A stretch of 28,036 nucleotides of DNA from an uncultured Pseudomonadota bacterium. Lineage in GTDB: Bacteria > SAR324 > NAC60-12. The stretch lies in contig CAJWCD010000034.1 of the NCBI GenBank assembly GCA_913020725.1, positions 1 through 28,036 of the forward strand. The letters run 5' to 3'. A program made the translations under genes and the position numbers. The notes under the pieces are model-generated. The model made no database searches. It saw only the letters and a program-made list of their open reading frames with translations, and had not been told where the DNA came from. Shown here piece by piece: positions 1 through 7,694 of this stretch (positions within the stretch are counted from its first letter, which is position 1; every line of letters starts with the position of its first letter).

Positions 1-1
1 G

Positions 2-82
2 CGTCCGGCGCTCTCTTGGACTGCACAAGAGCGGGAAATCCTCAACCAGATCAACCCCCAGCGGAAGCTGTTGCTGGCATAG
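2..82 (+). CDS. 3' end of an ORF entering from the left edge (RPALSWTAQEREILNQINPQRKLLLA*), product unknown, possibly a transposase C-terminus
   Basis: Open frame from position 2 to TAG at 80-82, ending 1 bp before the 18-bp repeat at 84-101. Confidence 0.4.
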   Translation, partial: RPALSWTAQEREILNQINPQRKLLLA

Positions 83-102
83 CCTTATCCAAAACTCACG
101 TT
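83..102 (+). repeat. Copy of CCTTATCCAAAACTCACGTT (putative element end or att-like site)
   Basis: 20/20 identical to 4472-4491; the 18-bp core is a 17/18 inverted match to 4276-4293 and a 17/18 match to 16155-16172. Confidence 0.9.
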
Positions 103-174
103 TATTAATAATTACTATATGTATTTGATTTCAAAAGACTTTTTTAGTTTTTCCGTCAATCAGGATTTTTTAGG

Positions 175-202
175 TTGAACTTTTTCAAATTTAGGCCATA
201 AT
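175..202 (+). promoter_or_regulatory. Candidate sigma70 promoter for the phosphatase operon
   Basis: TTGAAC-N16-CATAAT in an AT-rich intergenic stretch; the -35 overlaps the imperfect palindrome TTGAACTTTTTCAA. Confidence 0.35.
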
Positions 203-323
203 ACTTGAGTCTGGAGTTCTCTTTTGAGCTTCAGGTTCATGGTGTCACCGGATTTTACTTCTCTTGCTAAGGAGAATAAATCCCATTTTCAATCCCATCA
301 AACCTTTTTATGAGGAGAGTCTC

Positions 324-1808
324 ATGAATTTGTTTAAAAAAGTACTATGTTATTCCACTCTGATCGTGCCGATCGCCGTTTCAGCCTCGGAATTGCCCCA
401 AGCCACGTCCAAGTGGTACAAGGATGCTGATGCTATGATGAGGAGAGTCATGGCCAAGGCTCCGAATCTGAACAAAGCCAAGAATGTGATCCTGATGGTC
501 TCCGATGGAGCCGGTGTCACCTCAGTTACCGCGACCCGAATTTTTGAGGGTCAAAAGTTTGGTAAGTCAGGGGAGGGACATGAACTCCCCTACGAACAAT
601 TCCCCTATCTGGCCTTGTCTAAAACCTACAACACGAATGCTCAGACCGCGGATTCGGCTGGTACCGCAGCGGCTATGGTTACAGGCGTCAAAACCCGTCA
701 GGGGGTGGTGGGAGTTGACGAGAACCTGGAACGCACTGACTGCAACGGCGTACCCAGACACGCTTTGCCTTCAATCCATCATATGGCCCAGGATCGTGGT
801 TACGCCACCGGTGTTGTCAGCACCGCAAGGGTAACCCACGCTACACCAAGTTCGGTTTATTCCAGCACAGCCGACCGAAACTACGAAGATAACTCTAAGC
901 TTCCTAAGGATTGCACCGGGCAGAAGGACATTGCTGCACAACTGATCGACTCCTCTCTTGATCTAGCCATGGGTGGCGGACGGCGGCACTTCATACCAAA
1001 GTTTAATACAGATCAAGAGGGCAAGAGTGGCAAACGCACCGACGGGAAGGATCTGATCGACGCTTGGAAAAAAGCAGGTGGCCAATACGCTTGGGATGAC
1101 AAAACCCACGCTTCGCTTGATTTGAGGGGCAGCAAGATACTTGGTTTGTATGAATCCTCTCACATGAAATATGAGCATGACCGGACTGGCGAACCTTCGC
1201 TGGCGGAGATGACCAGAACAGCAATAGAGTTTTTGAGTGCAAGAAGTGAAAAGGGCTTCTTCCTAATGGTTGAAGCCGGTCGTGTCGATCACGCCAATCA
1301 TGCCAATAACGCCCATCGCATGATAACCGATGGAGTAGCCTTTGCCGATGCGGTCAGGATAGCAGACGAGATGACGGATGACGCTGAGACACTGATTGTC
1401 GTCACTGCCGACCACTCGCACGTGCTTACGCTAGCTGGTTACACTAAGCTTGGTTCACCAATTCTTGGTCTTTGCTACCAACTTGACAAGAAGGGCAACC
1501 CCACCGATGAACTATGTATCGCTGCCGACGGCAAGCCTTACACCACCATTGGCTACGCCAATGGATCGTCCTCGGTTCTAAAAAAAGACGAAAACGGCAA
1601 CTACACCTCCAACGGCAGGCCAACATTGACTCAGGAACAGGTCCTTGATCCGGACTACGTCCAGGAAGCATTGATTCCACGAAGCTCTGAGACCCATGGT
1701 GGTGAGGATGTGGCGATCTACGCCAGGGGTCCGTGGGCGCATCTGTTCCAGGGCACAGTGGAACAGAATTACATCTTCCATGTGATGAAGCAGGCCTTTC
1801 AATTCTAA
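324..1808 (+). CDS. phoA: Alkaline phosphatase (PhoA family, Zn/Mg-dependent), secreted
   Basis: KNVILMVSDG, DSAGTA (catalytic Ser), THATP, EAGRVDHANH, TADHSH and HGGEDV motifs; signal peptide MNLFKKVLCYSTLIVPIAVSA; RBS GAGGAG before ATG 324. Confidence 0.93.
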   Translation: MNLFKKVLCYSTLIVPIAVSASELPQATSKWYKDADAMMRRVMAKAPNLNKAKNVILMVSDGAGVTSVTATRIFEGQKFGKSGEGHELPYEQFPYLALSKTYNTNAQTADSAGTAAAMVTGVKTRQGVVGVDENLERTDCNGVPRHALPSIHHMAQDRGYATGVVSTARVTHATPSSVYSSTADRNYEDNSKLPKDCTGQKDIAAQLIDSSLDLAMGGGRRHFIPKFNTDQEGKSGKRTDGKDLIDAWKKAGGQYAWDDKTHASLDLRGSKILGLYESSHMKYEHDRTGEPSLAEMTRTAIEFLSARSEKGFFLMVEAGRVDHANHANNAHRMITDGVAFADAVRIADEMTDDAETLIVVTADHSHVLTLAGYTKLGSPILGLCYQLDKKGNPTDELCIAADGKPYTTIGYANGSSSVLKKDENGNYTSNGRPTLTQEQVLDPDYVQEALIPRSSETHGGEDVAIYARGPWAHLFQGTVEQNYIFHVMKQAFQF

Positions 1809-1835
1809 GCAACACAGGCTTCGGTTCCACTTGTT

Positions 1836-1865
1836 GTAACAGGGTCGGTCGTACGACCCTGTTAC
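1836..1865 (+). other. Perfect 12-bp stem-loop between phoA and the next gene
   Basis: GTAACAGGGTCG-GTCGTA-CGACCCTGTTAC, no U-tract after it. Confidence 0.75.
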
Positions 1866-1901
1866 CCCTTCCTGAAATAGTGTTTGAACAGAAGAGGCTT
1901 C

Positions 1902-2333
1902 ATGCTGACAAGACGACAAGTTCTAACCGGTTTGTGTGTCCTCCTCCTCAGTCCTTGGCCATTACGGGCGAAACCCCAAATGGTGAAGATGAGAGATCTT
2001 TACAACAAGGATCTGTCTTTCTCCACGCAGGCCCAGAAATTTATCGGCAAGGAGATTGCCGTCTACGGCTTCATGGCTCCCCCGTTGAAGGCTGAGTCGA
2101 AGTTCTACGTTCTGACAAAGATGCCAATGTCGGTCTGCCCTTTTTGCGAAAGTGAGGCAGACTGGCCCGATGACCTGATTTTGGTCTACACAAAGGAAAC
2201 TATCCGTGTGGTCGCGTTTAACGTTCCAATCGTGTCGCAAGGCATTCTCGATCTGGGAACAAAACTCGATCCCGAAACAGGATTTGTCAGCAGGGTACGG
2301 CTTCTCCAGTCTGATTTCGAGAAGTTCAACTAA
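1902..2333 (+). CDS. Exported DUF3299-like protein with CPFC motif
   Basis: GFMAPP...FYVLT..PMSVCPFC...WPDDLILVY pattern; Tat-like TRRQVL N-terminus; RBS AGAGG before ATG 1902. Confidence 0.7.
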   Translation: MLTRRQVLTGLCVLLLSPWPLRAKPQMVKMRDLYNKDLSFSTQAQKFIGKEIAVYGFMAPPLKAESKFYVLTKMPMSVCPFCESEADWPDDLILVYTKETIRVVAFNVPIVSQGILDLGTKLDPETGFVSRVRLLQSDFEKFN

Positions 2334-2339
2334 ATCAGT

Positions 2340-3071
2340 TTGAAGCCCTTCATGGCAGAATCCGCTTCTTGCCTGTTAGCTCTAGATTCTCTGCGTATTA
2401 CGTTCAAAGGTCACTCCGGAAAATCGTTCGAGGTGTTGGACGGGTTGTCTTTATACCTGTCGGCAAAAGATGGTCTTTTAATCGGCGGGCCTTCAGGGTC
2501 GGGCAAGTCATCGCTGATCTACGTGCTGTCCGGATTGTTGCGACCTGAACATGGCACGGTTAAATGGGACGGAAAGGATATCTGGAACCTCACTGAAGGC
2601 CAACGTGATCTGTGGAGAAGGGCGACCTTGGGCATTGTTTTTCAGGACTTCCACTTAATTTCGGAATTATCACCCCTTGAAAATGTGTTGTTTCCAGCCA
2701 CTTTCAGTCACTGGCGCACTCCAGCTTGGTTGCGCGAAGCCGGATTGCGGTTGCTCGAGCAAGTTCAAGTACCTACCCATAGACAGACTGTCTCAGTATT
2801 ATCCCGTGGAGAACAGCAACGAGTAGCGGTGGCGCGCGCCCTGTTGTTCGATCCTCCGGTATTGATTGCTGATGAACCTACTGCCAGCTTGGACAAGGAG
2901 ACCGGAGAGGCTGTAGCATCACTGCTAATAAAAATGGCGAGTGATGGAGGAAAGACCCTGATTGTTGTTTCACATGACTTGGTTTTCCAAGATCAACTGT
3001 CCCATTACCTAACACTGAAGAGGGATGTTACTTTTGAAACTGACTTGCCACCTTTTACAGAGGGTCTATGA
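2340..3071 (+). CDS. ABC transporter ATP-binding protein (LolD/MacB-like)
   Basis: Walker A GPSGSGKS, signature LSRGEQQRV, Walker B LIADEPT, H-loop VSHD; start may be ATG 2352. Confidence 0.92.
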   Translation: MKPFMAESASCLLALDSLRITFKGHSGKSFEVLDGLSLYLSAKDGLLIGGPSGSGKSSLIYVLSGLLRPEHGTVKWDGKDIWNLTEGQRDLWRRATLGIVFQDFHLISELSPLENVLFPATFSHWRTPAWLREAGLRLLEQVQVPTHRQTVSVLSRGEQQRVAVARALLFDPPVLIADEPTASLDKETGEAVASLLIKMASDGGKTLIVVSHDLVFQDQLSHYLTLKRDVTFETDLPPFTEGL

Positions 3072-4276
3072 ATCCATTCGTCTTCATTAAGGCAAGCATG
3101 AAACGGCACAAAATGATAAGTTTCGCTTTTGTCCTGCTGGTGGCGGTATCAGTGGGACTTGGAGTCGGAATCTCGTCCCAGGAACGAGCTCTTCGTAAGG
3201 GGACCGCCCGGTCGGCGGACAAATTTGACTTGTTGGTCGCTGCTCCCGGAAGCAAGACCGAGATGTTGTTCAACGTCGTGTTCCTCGAATCTTCAGCGGT
3301 CGAACTGCTCAAGCCGAAGCAATGGGCTCCTTTGCTTTCAGAAAAACATGCGGTTTTCGCCGCACCTTTTGCCTTCGGCGACAGTTATCACGGTTTTCCG
3401 GTTATTGGTACCACACCTGGTTTTGTTTCATATCTGGTCGATGGCAACATTGAAGGTCGCATGTTCAAGTCACTTGATGAAGCGATGGTGGGAACAGGAG
3501 TGCCCTTATCGGTTGGCAGCACGTTCACTCCTGCCCACGGACAAGGATTTTCGGCTGACGCCGAGGGCCACGAGGGTAAAGGCTTCAGGGTGGTCGGGCA
3601 ACTAGCCTACACCGGCACCCCTTGGGACCGTGCCATTATCTTACCGGTTGAAAGCGTCTGGAACGTCCATGCAATGCCCAACGGCCACGATCCGGAGGGT
3701 ACATCACCGGACCGTATCGGCCCACCTTTCGATCCCGATTTTCTCACAGGCGTTCCTGCGGTCATTCTCAAACCGGACAGTGTTGCAGCTGCTTACGGTC
3801 TGCGTAACAAGTACCGCACGGAAGAAACCATGGCTTTCTTCCCGGCCGAAGTACTGGTCCAGCTTTACCAATACCTTGGGGATGTGACCGTCATCATCAG
3901 AGCCATCTCTGTGGGCACTCAGCTTCTGGTAATGCTGGCTATTATCACTGGTCTGATCATCCTTATGCAGCTTTATCGCCGTCAATTCGCAGTCTTCCGT
4001 GCCCTAGGGGCCTCAAAAAGCTATGTTTTTTGTGTTGTCTGGACCTATGCCTTTGTACTGATCGCCATTGGCAGTGGGCTGGGTTTGGCCCTCGGCTATG
4101 GTATGGCACATGGGGTCTCCCTGTTCTTTATCGAAGAGACTGGGATTTATTTGGAAGCTACAATCGGGAAAAAAGAGGTATTGCAGGTACTCATCACGGT
4201 CTGTCTCGGTCTGGGTGTCGCAACGATCCCGGCTATCAATCTGTATCGTTTGCCCGTGATTGAAAACCTAAAATAA
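3068..4276 (+). CDS. FtsX/MacB-type ABC permease
   Basis: N-terminal TM, large periplasmic loop with His residues, RRQFAVFRALGAS motif, three C-terminal TMs; ATGA overlap with the ATPase. Confidence 0.88.
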   Translation: MNPFVFIKASMKRHKMISFAFVLLVAVSVGLGVGISSQERALRKGTARSADKFDLLVAAPGSKTEMLFNVVFLESSAVELLKPKQWAPLLSEKHAVFAAPFAFGDSYHGFPVIGTTPGFVSYLVDGNIEGRMFKSLDEAMVGTGVPLSVGSTFTPAHGQGFSADAEGHEGKGFRVVGQLAYTGTPWDRAIILPVESVWNVHAMPNGHDPEGTSPDRIGPPFDPDFLTGVPAVILKPDSVAAAYGLRNKYRTEETMAFFPAEVLVQLYQYLGDVTVIIRAISVGTQLLVMLAIITGLIILMQLYRRQFAVFRALGASKSYVFCVVWTYAFVLIAIGSGLGLALGYGMAHGVSLFFIEETGIYLEATIGKKEVLQVLITVCLGLGVATIPAINLYRLPVIENLK

Positions 4277-4490
4277 CGTGATTTTTGGATAAGAATCTTA
4301 GAAAACCCTTATCAATCAGTGGCTTGAGAGGAAAAGATCAGGCCTTTCTTTGAAAAAGCTCACAAGCAGTGAGTCCAATGCTGGTAGCGCGGGGTTTCGC
4401 CCCCGCGACAACGCCCCCAATCGCTTGCGTCCCAAGGCATCGGGACAAAACCCGCTGTTGCCGTGATTGCTCCTTATCCAAAACTCACGT
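4276..4490. mobile_element. 215-bp MITE-like element with 18-bp terminal inverted repeats and TA flanks
   Basis: ACGTGATTTTTGGATAAG (4276-4293) and CTTATCCAAAACTCACGT (4473-4490) are 17/18 inverted; TA at 4274-4275 and 4491-4492; internal hairpin CGCGGGG/CCCCGCG at 4388-4407; no credible ORF. Confidence 0.7.
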
Positions 4491-4504
4491 TAATAAATTT
4501 CCGG

Positions 4505-4661
4505 CTCATAACCCCTCATGGGGATTCGGAACCGGAACTTATCAAAAACACCTTCCTCATATTCAAATACTCATAACCCCTCATGGGGATTCGGAAAGCC
4601 GTGTCGAAGGTCGTCGCGTCAATCAAGGAATTTCTCATAACTCCTCATGGGGATTCGGAAC
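4505..4661 (+). CRISPR. Orphan mini CRISPR array: 3 x 28-bp repeats, 2 spacers
   Basis: Repeat CTCATAACCCCTCATGGGGATTCGGAAC at 4505-4532, 4570-4597 (last base A) and 4634-4661 (one C>T); unique spacers of 37 bp (4533-4569) and 36 bp (4598-4633); CCCC-TCAT-GGGG hairpin; GAAC 3' end suggests + orientation. Confidence 0.85.
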
Positions 4662-5072
4662 CATCTCTTTCATGCTGAGCATTGCTACTATGTGAGAGCC
4701 TATTGCCACCTGAGCAAGGGGTACCGGAACTTCGGGATTGGGCGCATGCTGGAAGCCGAGGTGCTGCCCTCCCCTAGCATGAGGGAAATTGAGAAACATG
4801 CTCCGGAGGAATTCGCCTCGGACATAGGAGACTTCGAGTGGCGAGACATGGTCAACATTCGGTTCCGGGCAAACCCGGATTTGCCGGAGGAGGCCCAGCA
4901 AGCCTTGAGACTCGACTTCAACCTCGATGCGGACGATACGCTTTCGTTGCACTGTCGAAAGGCGCTCATCTACTACACAAAGAGGCGGTTCAGCCTGATC
5001 GATCCGGAGTTTAACCTGCCACGGTGGATTCCGCACAGCGTCACGCCGGACGACGATGAAAAGAGGGAGTAA
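4662..5072 (+). pseudogene. 5'-truncated WYL-domain transcriptional regulator (CapW/BrxR-like C-terminal half)
   Basis: HLFHAEHCYYVRAYCH...YRNFGIGRM (WYL core) and D.EW..MVNIRFRANPDLPEEAQQALRLDFNL...RKALIYY (WCX-like); no wHTH N-terminus; the ORF-track start ATG (4647) lies inside CRISPR repeat 3. Confidence 0.75.
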
Positions 5073-5119
5073 TGCGCCAGACGTGTTTGGCACTCTGACA
5101 ATGTGCTCTTCATCCGCAG

Positions 5120-6178
5120 TCAGCGCAGCAACAATTCCGTGATTTCCGAGCGTCCGCTGGCCTCGGCCCAATCGAGTGCGGTCTGCCCATCAAAATCCTC
5201 GACGTCCCGCAAGGCACCCCGTTTCAGCAGCAGCCGGACGGTGGTGAGGTGTCCGCGTCGTGCTGCCAGCATGAGCGCGGTGCGGCCCGCCTGATTCTGT
5301 GCGTTCACGACCGCCCCCGACCGCAACAGTCGCCACATCACCTCGGTGGCCCCCTTTTCCGCCGCCCAGTGCATCACGGTCCAGCCCTCGCGGGTGCGGA
5401 GGTTGATGGTGGGCTGCGCTGCCAGCAGTCGTTCCAGCATCGGCAGTTCGTTCTGGAGCGCGGCCCACATCAGGGGCGTGAGGTGCCCCTTGTCCGGATC
5501 AGCCCCCTGCGCGAGCAGCAGATCCACCAAATCCAGCCGCCGCTGCACCACCGCCCAAGTGAGCGCGGTGTCGCCAAACGGATCGTTCGCATCCGGATCA
5601 GCCCCCTGCGCGAGCAGGCGTTCCACAGCCTCGGCATCGCCAAGCTGCACGGCCCGCATCAGCGGGGTGCGGTGTTGGGCATCCCGAATTTCCAAAGGAC
5701 TCCCGGAAGCGAGCAAACGTTCCAGCGTGGGGATGTCTTCCGCGAGTAAGGCCGCGTGGAGCGTGGTCGGAGCCGGAGGTTCCTCGTCCAGCACAGGGAC
5801 TGCAGATTCTGACTCCTCTGAAACTTCAGGCTCGGCCACGATGGGTGTAAGCAACTCCACAGTTTCCTCCACTTCCACAACGACCGGGGATGGCGCCGAA
5901 GTTTTCACAACCGCCGGTTCATAGCCTGCCAGTGCAAGAGCGATCAACAGCAACCCTGCCAACACAAAGACGACCATACGCTCCGGTCCGGTGTTTTTCT
6001 GAGAGGAAACTTCTGGAGTGCTGGCTTGTGAAGAAAAGTCTGTGGGCGGGTCACTAGCAGAGGACGCAGCCGGAAGCGCAGGCGGAGCCAAGGATTCCAC
6101 TGCCGGGGCCTGCCCAAAAAACGAATTTTTGGAGGTTCCAAAGAATCCAGAATTTTTGATCGCAGGTGAGGTCAGCAT
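5120..6178 (-). CDS. Membrane-anchored ankyrin-repeat protein
   Basis: Several TPLM/TALT/TALM...LLAQGADPD ankyrin repeats; one hydrophobic segment [18 protein letters not shown]. Confidence 0.85.
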   Translation of the reverse strand: MLTSPAIKNSGFFGTSKNSFFGQAPAVESLAPPALPAASSASDPPTDFSSQASTPEVSSQKNTGPERMVVFVLAGLLLIALALAGYEPAVVKTSAPSPVVVEVEETVELLTPIVAEPEVSEESESAVPVLDEEPPAPTTLHAALLAEDIPTLERLLASGSPLEIRDAQHRTPLMRAVQLGDAEAVERLLAQGADPDANDPFGDTALTWAVVQRRLDLVDLLLAQGADPDKGHLTPLMWAALQNELPMLERLLAAQPTINLRTREGWTVMHWAAEKGATEVMWRLLRSGAVVNAQNQAGRTALMLAARRGHLTTVRLLLKRGALRDVEDFDGQTALDWAEASGRSEITELLLR

Positions 6179-6295
6179 GTCGGGCGTGTCAGTTTTGTAA
6201 TTGCGAAAGCATCAAAGGCAATCGGCTTGCAAGTCGAGCCAAGATCGTTTTTACTAGAAACACTTTATGAAACGCAAACTCTAGCAGGAATTACA

Positions 6296-6496
6296 ATGTT
6301 TGGCTTAGGAATTTGGGAACTGCTGATTATTTTGGCGATTGTTGTGCTGCTGTTTGGTTCCAAGCGGCTTCCGATGATAGGTGAGGGGTTGGGAAATATG
6401 ATCACCAACTTCAAGAACGCTCGCAGCAAAGACTCGGAGAAGCCCTCCGAGGATCAGACCACCGTGATTGAGCCGGAACAGAAGCAGGTGGGATAA
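6296..6496 (+). CDS. tatA: Twin-arginine translocase TatA/TatE
   Basis: [42 protein letters not shown] before ATG 6296. Confidence 0.93.
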   Translation: MFGLGIWELLIILAIVVLLFGSKRLPMIGEGLGNMITNFKNARSKDSEKPSEDQTTVIEPEQKQVG

Positions 6497-6500
6497 CCCG

Positions 6501-6944
6501 TCAGCGCCTCGCTTTCGGACGAATCACCAAGTTCATGCTCACGCCCGCTTCTTTGAGGCGGGCGATCACTGGCACCAGTTCCCCATAGCGGACCTGTTCA
6601 TCGGCCTCCAAATCCACGGATTTCAACGAATCCTGTGAGCGGGCAAGTTCTTGCTGAAGGCGGTCCTTGAATTTCTTCTCCCACTTTTCTTCCGCGATCG
6701 CTCCAATTTCCACATCTCCCCAGTACAAGACTCCTTTCCGGTCAATCACGACTCTGACGGGCTCCTGCATCGGTTTCTGCTTGTCTTGGTTGTAGCTGTC
6801 CTTGGGCAGTTCGACCTGCACGACACGGTTGATGATCGGAGCCGTCACCATGAAAATGATCAGCAACACCAACAGCACGTCCACGAAGGGCGTGACGTTG
6901 ATGTCGCTCACCGGCTCATTTTCTTGCCATGACGAACTGTTCAT
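6501..6944 (-). CDS. tolR: TolR/ExbD family protein
   Basis: DINVTPFVDVLLVLLIIFMVTAP; LEADEQVRYGELV; start placed at MNSSSW. Confidence 0.85.
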   Translation of the reverse strand: MNSSSWQENEPVSDINVTPFVDVLLVLLIIFMVTAPIINRVVQVELPKDSYNQDKQKPMQEPVRVVIDRKGVLYWGDVEIGAIAEEKWEKKFKDRLQQELARSQDSLKSVDLEADEQVRYGELVPVIARLKEAGVSMNLVIRPKARR

Positions 6945-7647
6945 ACAGAATCCACTCGATACGGTTGGAGAGTTCTCGGCTGAAATCCCGGAGGTCATTA
7001 CCCAGACTGCGGGCCTGATTGCGGAAGAGGTTGTAGGCGATCAGGGCGGGGATGGCCGCGAGCAACCCGGCGGCGGTGGCGATCAAGGCTTCTGAAATGC
7101 CGGGTGCGACGGCGGCAAGGCTGGTGAGTCCGGAAGTGCCGATGTTCTGGAAAGAGTCGATAATGCCCAGCACCGTTCCGAACAACCCCACAAAGGGAGC
7201 GGCGCTGGAGATGGTCGCAAGCAGGTTGAGGCGGTTTTCGATCTGCGTGTACTGTTCGTTGAAGCACTGCTCCATGGTCCGCTCTAAGCGCGTGTTGAGA
7301 TGCGGCATCATGGTTGTCGCGAAATGCTCCAGCCCTTGCCGATTCCGGAGGCGTCGGATGGTCGTCTCCACTTCAGCGTAGGCACTTGCGAACATGAGTG
7401 CCATCGGCGAGCGCGGACACTTCTCCTGAGCAACATTGCTGACGCTTGCAAGGTTTTCTCCGCTACGAAACAACACTTGGAAAGCAAGATTTTGCTGCCG
7501 AACATAGCGGAACTGCCGCCACTTGAGCACAATGATCGCCCACGAGAGCGAAGACATGAAGATGAGGACGATGAGCACAAGGAGGCCGACAATGCTGCCT
7601 CCCAGTGCCAAGGAAAGGATGCCCTGCCCTTGCAGTAGTTCGGACAT
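6916..7647 (-). CDS. tolQ: TolQ/ExbB (MotA family) proton channel
   Basis: LATISSAAPFVGLFGTVLGII...VAPGISEALIATAAGLLAAIPALIAYN. Confidence 0.88.
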   Translation of the reverse strand: MSELLQGQGILSLALGGSIVGLLVLIVLIFMSSLSWAIIVLKWRQFRYVRQQNLAFQVLFRSGENLASVSNVAQEKCPRSPMALMFASAYAEVETTIRRLRNRQGLEHFATTMMPHLNTRLERTMEQCFNEQYTQIENRLNLLATISSAAPFVGLFGTVLGIIDSFQNIGTSGLTSLAAVAPGISEALIATAAGLLAAIPALIAYNLFRNQARSLGNDLRDFSRELSNRIEWILYEQFVMARK

Positions 7648-7694
7648 GAACGATGCTGCGAACAGGGTGGAGTGGGTTCAGAGGTGCTTCAGCT

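Noticed and set aside
230..262. Possible Pho box upstream of phoA (GTGTCAC half-site)
   Set aside because: No convincing second half-site at 11-bp spacing
264..323. TTG start at 264 for phoA given by the ORF track
   Set aside because: ATG 324 has a GAGGAG RBS and begins a proper signal peptide
4369..4695. 108-aa ORF with repeated HNPSWGFG
   Set aside because: It is a translation of the MITE-like element and CRISPR repeats, not a protein
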